DNA of 32,000 nucleotides, taken from assembly GCF_049220665.1 (NCBI RefSeq), contig NZ_JBMKNV010000014.1:53231-85230 (forward strand), written 5' to 3'. The stretch comes from Metabacillus sp. RGM 3146 (lineage in GTDB: Bacteria > Bacillota > Bacilli > Bacillales > Bacillaceae). The number at the start of each line of letters is the position of its first letter. Positions within the stretch are counted from its first letter, which is position 1. Positions 18,478 through 24,544 of this stretch are shown piece by piece. The notes beneath the pieces are model-generated. The model was not told the origin of the DNA. It did not search any database and worked only from the letters and a program-made list of their open reading frames with translations. The position numbers and the translations under genes are program-made.

Positions 18478-18728
18478 CTTCGAGGCATTTTTCTTAATGG
18501 TTTGACCTGAATGACTCGCTTATTTATAAAAGGCTGTTTTCGCAGAGAATGTTGCTGTTTGTAAATGCTTTTAACACGCATTTTAACTTGCTTCGGCGCA
18601 TCTTTTCTTAAAGGTCCTGCCAAATATCAAGGGTCCTGCAGCTAAAATTTAAAGCGAGAAGCAACAAAGTTTAAGAAAAGAGCCTTATAAAAAGAAGTCT
18701 GAAAGCAACAAAGTTTAAGTAAAGAGCC
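18478..18728 (+). repeat. Intergenic repeat copy A2 with extra partial units, inside the gvp operon
   Basis: The 18532-18684 segment is colinear with 562-711. An additional fragment resembling the GCATCTTTTCTTAAAG module lies at 18478-18510. A tandem duplicate of the end module AGCAACAAAGTTTAAG.AAAGAGCC lies at 18703-18728. Confidence 0.8.
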
Positions 18729-18746
18729 TAAAAAAAGGAGTGGATC

Positions 18747-19064
18747 ATGATGAGTCAGCAAATGCAAACTTCATCCAACTCGAGCAACATTGTAGAAGTA
18801 TTGGAAAAAATTCTTGATAAAGGTGTTGTCATTGCAGGAGATATAAAAATTGGACTTGCAGACGTAGAGTTACTCACTATAAAAATCCGGCTGATTGTAG
18901 CATCTGTAGATAAAGCGAAAGAAATTGGCATGGACTGGTGGGAGACTGATTCATACTTTTCCTCAAAACACACTGAGAAATTAGAACATAAAAATGATGA
19001 GCTGCTGGAAAGAATCAATAATCTCGAACGCAGTTTGGCTGCAAAAAATGAACAGGAAAGCTAA
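18747..19064 (+). CDS. gvpJ: GvpA-related gas vesicle protein GvpJ
   Basis: Core VEVLEKILDKGVVIAGDIKIGLADVELLTIKIRLIVASVDKAKEIGMDWWE. RBS AAGGAG. Confidence 0.9.
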   Translation: MMSQQMQTSSNSSNIVEVLEKILDKGVVIAGDIKIGLADVELLTIKIRLIVASVDKAKEIGMDWWETDSYFSSKHTEKLEHKNDELLERINNLERSLAAKNEQES

Positions 19065-19069
19065 CTGAT

Positions 19070-19110
19070 AAATCCCCCTTCTCATCTGTAACGAAAAGGG
19101 GGATTTATTA
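19070..19110 (+). terminator. Terminator at the end of the gvp cluster
   Basis: AAATCCCCCTT...AAGGGGGATTT 11-bp stem followed by a T-rich tail. Confidence 0.8.
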
Positions 19111-19135
19111 GTTTTAAAATTTTGTTAAAGTGCCT

Positions 19136-19299
19136 GCTGATAGTTGATTGCGATGTGCTGATAAAAAATGCAGCACGTTGATCAAAGACTGGGGAGCGCT
19201 GATAAAAAATGCAGCGCTGATAAATTGGGTCTGCCCGCTGATAAAAGATTGAAAAGCGCTGATATAAAGGGGTTTCACGCTCATAAATGAATCAATCTT
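19136..19299 (+). repeat. Head-to-tail array of eight units (seven of 21 bp, one of 18 bp) with a conserved GCTGATAA head (iteron-like)
   Basis: GCTGATA starts at 19136, 19157, 19198, 19216, 19237 and 19258. Degenerate heads are GTTGATC at 19177 and GCTCATA at 19279. Only the first roughly 8 nt of each unit is conserved. Confidence 0.85.
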
Positions 19300-19483
19300 G
19301 CCGTTAACTAAGCTGCAGGTGCTCATTATCGTTTGATTATATAAAAAATTGGTCTGTCTGCGAGTAATTTAGTCTCGAATTCCCTTATGTATACTAAAAG
19401 ATGAACTTAACCATTCGCTATTTTCATTCTATTCCTGGAACGATAAAACTTTAACGTTTCTCAATTAAAAAACTAATCAGTAG

Positions 19484-19512
19484 TTGACAGAAAGGTAAAT
19501 AAGTTATATAAT
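19484..19512 (+). promoter_or_regulatory. Perfect-consensus sigma-A promoter with no ORF downstream
   Basis: TTGACA (19484-19489), exactly 17 nt spacer, TATAAT (19507-19512). Confidence 0.7.
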
Positions 19513-19518
19513 TAAGTT

Positions 19519-19735
19519 TCCGTGGCTGTTATTGCCGAGGGTATTAATAAGAACGTTTTCTGCGTTCCCCTACTAAGTTAGGGATCGTGAAGAGTATAAC
19601 GTTCACTATAAAGCAAGTAATAAAGTTTTAAGGATAACTAACCCCGTCCTTATGGACCATCCTCTTCATATAGTGAACCTTACAGAATAAGTTACTATTC
19701 TCTCCTACATCTTACTCTTCACCCACATTTTTTTG
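19519..19735 (+). ncRNA. Candidate structured small RNA of about 215 nt (family not recognised)
   Basis: Starts downstream of the consensus promoter. Two nested perfect 10-bp helices: 19587-19596 with 19713-19722, and 19601-19610 with 19669-19678. Ends in a T7 run at 19728-19734. No ORF with an RBS on either strand. Confidence 0.35.
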
Positions 19736-19944
19736 AAATCTGATTCTCACTGGCTCGGTCAAGGAACCGTAAGGATGAAAGAGAGGCAGGGCTTTCATTG
19801 TTTTAGTTTTAAAAGATTGGCGGACTCTCGGCCAAATTATTCTGCATAAATGCAGGAAAAAAAGATGCATGTGTAGGATTCAGGAATAAGGGCATAATAA
19901 AATCAGTTCTTAATCTGGATCCTTCATTTGCAAAAAACACCGAA

Positions 19945-19974
19945 TTGACAAATCAAGTAAATTAGAGGTATAAT
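19945..19974 (+). promoter_or_regulatory. Sigma-A promoter for ydjO, giving a 5' UTR of about 150 nt
   Basis: TTGACA (19945-19950), 18-nt spacer, TATAAT (19969-19974). The ydjO ATG is at 20135. Confidence 0.6.
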
Positions 19975-20134
19975 TAGATTGTATATTTACTGAAATTCAC
20001 TTATTATAAAGAGTTATCGTTTACAAAAGGGTACTTTTTATAATACGTGAATTTTTGTTTTTTCTATGCGTATTGAAATGTGTAGCACTCGTAACTTACT
20101 TTTAGGATTGTAACCGAAAGGGGTAACAAGACGA

Positions 20135-20332
20135 ATGTATAATAGAAAACCTGCTGAGGAAATCGTATTAGAGGAAACGAAAGTTTGGCTTTGCACTTCA
20201 GATGAGTGCAACTGCTGGGTGCGGGATAATTTCAAGAGCAGCGAAACACCTGTTTGCCCTATTTGCAAAAGCGAAATGAAGCCTGGTACAAAGGATTTGC
20301 AAGTTGTCGACAATCCAAGGCAGAACGCCTGA
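20135..20332 (+). CDS. ydjO: Cold-inducible protein YdjO-like small zinc-ribbon protein
   Basis: 65 aa with CxxC...CxxC (CTSDECNCW...CPIC). RBS GAAAGGGG. Resembles B. subtilis YdjO from memory. Confidence 0.75.
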   Translation: MYNRKPAEEIVLEETKVWLCTSDECNCWVRDNFKSSETPVCPICKSEMKPGTKDLQVVDNPRQNA

Positions 20333-20361
20333 AACATTTAGATAATGAACCAAACTTAGGT

Positions 20362-20390
20362 AAAGCAGCTTTTTTAGCTGCTTTATTTTC
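20362..20390 (+). terminator. Rho-independent terminator after ydjO
   Basis: AAAGCAGCT-ttttt-AGCTGCTTT followed by ATTTTCATTTT. Confidence 0.85.
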
Positions 20391-20498
20391 ATTTTGACAT
20401 CTTTTTGTCATAAATGCTGAAAGGGTTTACTAACATTTATGGACAAGCTTTCTTTTCAAACTTATTTATTGTATACTTGTCTGAATGAAGGGAGGTGA

Positions 20499-20876
20499 AT
20501 GCAGAGAATGCTAGAAATTTCAGCGGATATTGAACCATACATGATGCTGATCAGCGTGTTTGTGGCGATGGCTACGATTTTCGCACTTGTATACTTACTA
20601 AAACATCAAGTAAAGTATCAGCCGGTTTATAAACAATACAGCCTTAGTGAACGGTCATCCAAAGTTTCTTCGCAGCGGCTGAAAAATGAACGGGATGAAA
20701 TTAGAACATGGATTTCTCTTATAAAATACAGGTGTGAAACGTCGGATGACGTGCCTCCCAGTTTCCTTCTTGAGGCAATAAAGTTTACCAATTTTCAAGG
20801 AGGAACAATATGGGAAAAAAACTTTCTGCATTCATCCCGGTACGGATTCTTGCCCTATTTTCAATCATTTTGCTAG
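20499..20876 (+). CDS. mifM: MifM-like regulatory leader peptide (membrane-insertion monitor and ribosome-arrest peptide) upstream of yidC2
   Basis: N-terminal TM helix (YMMLISVFVAMATIFALVYLL). The segment EIRTWISLIKYRCETSDDVPPS resembles the B. subtilis MifM arrest region (RITTWIRKVF...DEED, from memory). The ORF runs through the yidC SD and start codon. The start could instead be the ATG at 20508. Confidence 0.6.
   Translation: MQRMLEISADIEPYMMLISVFVAMATIFALVYLLKHQVKYQPVYKQYSLSERSSKVSSQRLKNERDEIRTWISLIKYRCETSDDVPPSFLLEAIKFTNFQGGTIWEKNFLHSSRYGFLPYFQSFC
20763..20805 (+). promoter_or_regulatory. Stem-loop sequestering the yidC Shine-Dalgarno sequence
   Basis: TTCCTTCTTGA (20763-20773) pairs with TCAAGGAGGAA (20795-20805) as an 11-bp stem with one G-U pair and a 21-nt loop. 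The right arm contains the AAGGAGG SD of yidC (ATG at 20810). Confidence 0.6.
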
Positions 20877-21640
20877 CAGGATTGGTACTTGGAGGCTGTC
20901 AATCAGCCAGCGGCCAATCGCACTCGATCACATCTCAAACGCCTGGATTTTTTAATCATTATTTTGTTTACACTTTTTCAGTGATTATTAAAACATTTGC
21001 TTCATGGTTTGGCGGAAGCTATGGAATGGCGATTATTTTAACCACATTATTAATCCGTCTTGTACTAATGCCATTTATGCTAAAGCAAACGAAAAATCAA
21101 ATGGTTATGAAAGCAAAAATGGCTAAAGTTCAGCCTGAATTAAAAGAAATTCAGGAAAAAATGAAGAATACGAAGGATCCTGAAGCAAAAACTAAACTGC
21201 AGCAGGAAACGATGAAGTTATACCAAAAGCATGGAGTCAATCCGCTTGCTTCATTGGCAGGTTGTTTGCCGCTATTGCTCCAGCTGCCAATTTTGATGGG
21301 ATTCTATTATGCAATTCGCCAAACACCGGAAATTGCATCACATACTTTTCTTTGGTTTAATCTTGGCCACACAGATATGATATTGCCGATTCTTGCGGCA
21401 GCCATCTATTTAGTGCAATTCCGTGTTTCGTTAAAAGGGATGGATGAAGCTCAGCAAAAACAAATGGCTGCCTTTGGCTATTTGTCTCCGATTATGATGG
21501 GGATTTTCTCATTTTCAGCAGCTGCTGCTCTTCCGCTTTATTGGACAGTGGGAGGAATCTTCGTTATTTTCCAAACGATGCTGTCACAAAGATTATATGG
21601 CCATAAAATTGAAACGCATGAAATATCTGTTCAAAAATAA
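20810..21640 (+). CDS. yidC: Membrane protein insertase YidC (YidC2/YqjG type lipoprotein)
   Basis: Lipobox LVLGGC, then the YidC/Oxa1 core (LLIRLVLMPF, KLYQKHGVNP, LPLYW). Confidence 0.9.
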   Translation: MGKKLSAFIPVRILALFSIILLAGLVLGGCQSASGQSHSITSQTPGFFNHYFVYTFSVIIKTFASWFGGSYGMAIILTTLLIRLVLMPFMLKQTKNQMVMKAKMAKVQPELKEIQEKMKNTKDPEAKTKLQQETMKLYQKHGVNPLASLAGCLPLLLQLPILMGFYYAIRQTPEIASHTFLWFNLGHTDMILPILAAAIYLVQFRVSLKGMDEAQQKQMAAFGYLSPIMMGIFSFSAAAALPLYWTVGGIFVIFQTMLSQRLYGHKIETHEISVQK

Positions 21641-21649
21641 ATGTGCAAT

Positions 21650-21696
21650 AGGTGCAGGCAAGCTTTCTCTTCTGAGGAACGGCCTGCACCTTTTTA
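21650..21696 (+). terminator. Rho-independent terminator after yidC
   Basis: AGGTGCAGGC...GCCTGCACCT followed by TTTTT. Confidence 0.8.
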
Positions 21697-21832
21697 CGTT
21701 TCAATGATTAAAAGTAAGTTTCTAGCCCAAGTAATTGTTTGAACTGGAAAGAAGATCTGTTTCAGATAATGAGACGAAGGGTAAAATATGGAGGTAACCC
21801 GTCAAAAAATCCATACAGGTCAGGTGATAAAG

Positions 21833-22774
21833 ATGAAAGCAATTGTCATTGAAAAATATGGCGGCAAAGATCAGCTGAAAGAAATGGAATTGGAACAGCC
21901 TGTCCCTGGTGAAAGCCAGGTTCTTGTTAAACTTCATGCCACATCTGTCAATCCGATAGACTGGAAGCTCAGAGAGGGATATCTTAAAGAGATGATGCCT
22001 TTTGAATTTCCAATCGTTTTAGGATGGGATGCAGCTGGAATTGTTGAGCAAATAGGGGAAAATGTCAAGGGTTTTAAAAAGGGTGATGAGGTATTTGCGC
22101 GCCCGGAAACAACCAATAGAGGAACATATGCTGAATATACTCTTGTTGACGATCACCTTCTTGCTTTTAAGCCAAAAGCTATTTCTTTTGAAGAAGCGGC
22201 AGCTATTCCATTAGCGGGAATGACGGCATGGCAGTGCCTTTTTGACTTCGGGAAAGTAAAAGAGGGCGATAAAGTATTAATCCACGCAGGATCAGGCGGA
22301 GTAGGAACATATGCTATTCAGTTCGCAAAACATAAAGGGGCATATGTTATCACAACCGCTAGCGGAAAAAATGCTGATTTTGTAAAATCACTTGGAGCAG
22401 ACGAGGTAATTAATTATAAAGAACAAGACTTTGAAAAAGAAGTAGAGAATGTCGCTTTTGTTCTAGACTCAATGGGCGGAGAAATTCAAAAGAAAAGCTT
22501 TGCTGTATTAAAAAAAGGAGGCAGAATGGCCTCTATTGTAGAAAAACCGGACGAAGAGCTTGCTAAAGAACATGGTGTAACAGCAGAAATGGTATGGCTT
22601 GAGCCGAATGGCAAGCAGCTTGAGGAAATCGCTGAATTGCTTCAAGCAAAAAAAGTAAAATCTATAGTAGGAGAAACTTTTCCGCTCACTGAACAGGGTG
22701 TGAAAGATGCACATGAATTAAGCGAAAGTCATCATGCCAAGGGAAAAATCGTTATTCGAATGGAACAAGCATAA
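21833..22774 (+). CDS. NADPH:quinone oxidoreductase / zinc-type alcohol dehydrogenase family (MDR) protein
   Basis: MKAIVIEKYGG N-terminus typical of the family. Rossmann motif HAGSGGVGTYAIQ. The ATG at 21833 is preferred over the track start 21788. Confidence 0.85.
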   Translation: MKAIVIEKYGGKDQLKEMELEQPVPGESQVLVKLHATSVNPIDWKLREGYLKEMMPFEFPIVLGWDAAGIVEQIGENVKGFKKGDEVFARPETTNRGTYAEYTLVDDHLLAFKPKAISFEEAAAIPLAGMTAWQCLFDFGKVKEGDKVLIHAGSGGVGTYAIQFAKHKGAYVITTASGKNADFVKSLGADEVINYKEQDFEKEVENVAFVLDSMGGEIQKKSFAVLKKGGRMASIVEKPDEELAKEHGVTAEMVWLEPNGKQLEEIAELLQAKKVKSIVGETFPLTEQGVKDAHELSESHHAKGKIVIRMEQA

Positions 22775-22835
22775 CCACATCTGACATATAAAAACGCCTA
22801 TTTGGAGGCCGTTTACAATATAATAGGAATTCTTA

Positions 22836-22870
22836 AACCTGTATAGAATTTTATTCTATACAGGTTTTTT
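22836..22870 (+). terminator. Rho-independent terminator
   Basis: AACCTGTATAGAAT-ttt-ATTCTATACAGGTT followed by a T-run. Confidence 0.9.
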
Positions 22871-23056
22871 GTTGTCAACGGCACCATTTAAATTGTTTTT
22901 TTAGAATGGAATAATCCATGCGCATGATGATGGTAATAGAAAGTGAGCGTAGTGACTGGCCACTATGCAGATATTCCTTTTTAATTAGTAAAAATGGAAT
23001 AATAATGTTCATTAATGAGGCATCTACTTTCTATAAAGCAGGTTTTTTAAAAAAAA

Positions 23057-23138
23057 GCTGTTTTCGCAAAAGCTGTTGTTATCAGTAAAATGTTTAGTGC
23101 GTTGGCGAATCGTTTTCGTGGCATCTTTTCTTAATTCA
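23057..23138 (+). repeat. Intergenic repeat, partial copy A3 (left half only)
   Basis: GCTGTTTTCGCAAAAGCTGTTGTT...GGCATCTTTTCTTAA is colinear with the left half of 18532-18684 and 562-711. Confidence 0.7.
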
Positions 23139-23197
23139 AAGGTTGCTGAAGTCTTATACCCGCACAAATAAATTTAGAATACAGGAGCGAAAATGAT

Positions 23198-23635
23198 ATG
23201 AAAGTTTTTATAGCTAGCCCTTTTTTTGATGAAGAGGAAAAGGAGAGGCTCCGATACATTGAGAATGTGCTGAAAAATATAAAAGGACTTGAAACCTTTA
23301 CTGCAGTTGATTCCCAATTCCGAATGCTGAAATTCGGATCGCAGCCATGGAGAGATGCTGTTTTTGGCAATGACTTATCTCATCTTCATGAAGCGGATGT
23401 TGTATTAGCTGTCCATGATAGCGGAAATAATAAAGGCCCTGATTCAGGGACAATGTGGGAAATCGGCTATGCATACGCCAATCGTATTCCAATTGTGCTT
23501 TTTAAAGAAAAAAAGGGCGCTGTCAATCTTATGATTGCAGGATCACCAAGGGCAGTACTGCAATCACGGGCAGAGCTTGATGCATATGATTTTACCAATT
23601 TAACATCCATCCCTTATAAAGGGGAAGTTATATAG
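23198..23635 (+). CDS. Nucleoside 2-deoxyribosyltransferase family protein
   Basis: MKVFIASPFF N-terminus and the DSGTMWEIGYAYA motif typical of the family. RBS AGGAGCGAAAA. Confidence 0.8.
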   Translation: MKVFIASPFFDEEEKERLRYIENVLKNIKGLETFTAVDSQFRMLKFGSQPWRDAVFGNDLSHLHEADVVLAVHDSGNNKGPDSGTMWEIGYAYANRIPIVLFKEKKGAVNLMIAGSPRAVLQSRAELDAYDFTNLTSIPYKGEVI

Positions 23636-23643
23636 GAAGATAG

Positions 23644-23673
23644 AAGCCTAAGGCGAACAGCCAGGCTTTTTTT
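23644..23673 (+). terminator. Rho-independent terminator
   Basis: AAGCCT...AGGCTT stem followed by T7. Confidence 0.65.
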
Positions 23674-23690
23674 ATTGAGGAGAATTAACA

Positions 23691-23719
23691 AATTAAATAA
23701 AACTATGTTCTAAATAAAC
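23691..23719 (+). other. Ter-like site 1 (candidate RTP-binding replication terminator)
   Basis: Core CTATGTTCTAAATAAAC from 23703, against the B. subtilis Ter B-site CTATGTACYAAAT as I recall it. The A-site half is a poor match. Confidence 0.5.
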
Positions 23720-23776
23720 ATAGAAAATTAACTTAAACAAGAACAAGTTCTGTAAAATAGAGTAAAATTTATCTAG

Positions 23777-23926
23777 GCTCTTTTCTTAAACTTTGTTGCT
23801 CATGACCCTATATTTAGTCATCAAAACCATTGGGATGGCAAAAACTTTAAGAAAAGATGCCCCGATGCTAGTCTGAATGCGTGATAAAAGCATGTACGAA
23901 AAACAACAATCTCTGCGAAAACAGCC
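23777..23926 (-). repeat. Intergenic repeat copy A4 (inverted), between Ter-like sites 1 and 2
   Basis: The reverse complement is colinear and nearly identical to 562-711 over about 150 bp. Confidence 0.9.
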
Positions 23927-23928
23927 TT

Positions 23929-23957
23929 TATCTAAAAATACTATGTTCTAAGTAAAC
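23929..23957 (+). other. Ter-like site 2 (best full-length match)
   Basis: TATCTAAAAATACTATGTTCTAAGTAAAC compared with the recalled consensus KMACTAANWNNWCTATGTACYAAATNTTC. The A-site half matches 11/12 and the B-site core is largely conserved. Confidence 0.6.
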
Positions 23958-24006
23958 AGTTAAAAACTATATTATTTAAATTGTAGGACCCTAGAAATTA
24001 ATATTT

Positions 24007-24035
24007 TTTCTACTTAAACTATGTTCTAAATAACC
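24007..24035 (+). other. Ter-like site 3
   Basis: TTTCTACTTAAACTATGTTCTAAATAACC. Same core, with a moderate A-site match. Overlaps a weak candidate rtp promoter (TTAAAC-18-TATAAA, 24014-24043). Confidence 0.5.
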
Positions 24036-24115
24036 AATATAAAGTTAAAAAACTAGTAACAAAATGTCAAAAGGAGGGTTTTATACAGCTTCATAGGGAA
24101 TTGAAAGAAAATATT

Positions 24116-24132
24116 GTATAGTTAGAACAAGG
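24116..24132 (-). other. Inverted, degenerate Ter-like core just upstream of the rtp start codon
   Basis: The reverse complement CCTTGTTCTAACTATAC matches 13/17 of the local core CTATGTTCTAAATAAAC. No convincing A-site. Confidence 0.3.
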
Positions 24133-24159
24133 AAGAAAAAGAAAAAGGAGGATCTTCTA

Positions 24160-24525
24160 ATGACTGATACAAGAAATGCAAGCGGGTTCTTACTAAAGCA
24201 AAGAGCATTTTTAAAATTATACATGATTACAATGACAGAAAATGAAAGACTGTATGGTCTGAAATTATTAGATACTCTTAGAGAAGAGTTTGCTCCTATT
24301 GGCTTTAAACCGAATCATTCAGAAGTTTATAAAGCTTTGCATGATTTAATAGATGATGGGATCTTAAAGCAGATTAGGCAGAAAAAAGAGGGGATGAAAC
24401 TCCAGGAGGTGGTTTTTTATCGCTTTGAGGATTACGAAGCTGCTAAAAGATACAAAAAGCAGCTGAAGCAGGAACTGGACCGCTGTCAGGCATTGATCCA
24501 AAAAGCAATCAAGGATAATTATTGA
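24160..24525 (+). CDS. rtp: Replication terminator protein Rtp
   Basis: 121 aa. Stretches such as GFLLKQRAFLKLYMITMTENERLYGLKLL, IGFKPNHSEVY, DDGILKQI and KLQEVV.Y.FEDYEAAK.YKKQLK.ELDRC match B. subtilis Rtp as I remember it. RBS AAAAAGGAGG. Confidence 0.85.
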   Translation: MTDTRNASGFLLKQRAFLKLYMITMTENERLYGLKLLDTLREEFAPIGFKPNHSEVYKALHDLIDDGILKQIRQKKEGMKLQEVVFYRFEDYEAAKRYKKQLKQELDRCQALIQKAIKDNY

Positions 24526-24544
24526 CTGCTTTTTGGCAGATAGG

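Noticed and set aside
19136-19299. Possible CRISPR array
   Set aside because: Only about 8 nt per unit is conserved and the period is 21 bp. That is far too short for repeat-spacer units, and no cas genes or leader are present.
19114-19326. 70-aa ORF on the minus strand covering the GCTGATAA array
   Set aside because: Its sequence is a periodic FIS/ISA pattern produced by translating the 21-bp repeats. It has no RBS and lies in an obviously non-coding repeat array.
19384-19399. Ter-like sequence CTTATGTATACTAAAA
   Set aside because: It resembles the B. subtilis CTATGTACTAAAT core only if a 2-nt insertion is allowed. It has no A-site and does not match the local TTC-type core.
20038-20392. 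99-aa and 64-aa minus-strand ORFs overlapping ydjO
   Set aside because: They are antisense to a recognisable zinc-ribbon YdjO homologue that has its own promoter, RBS and terminator.
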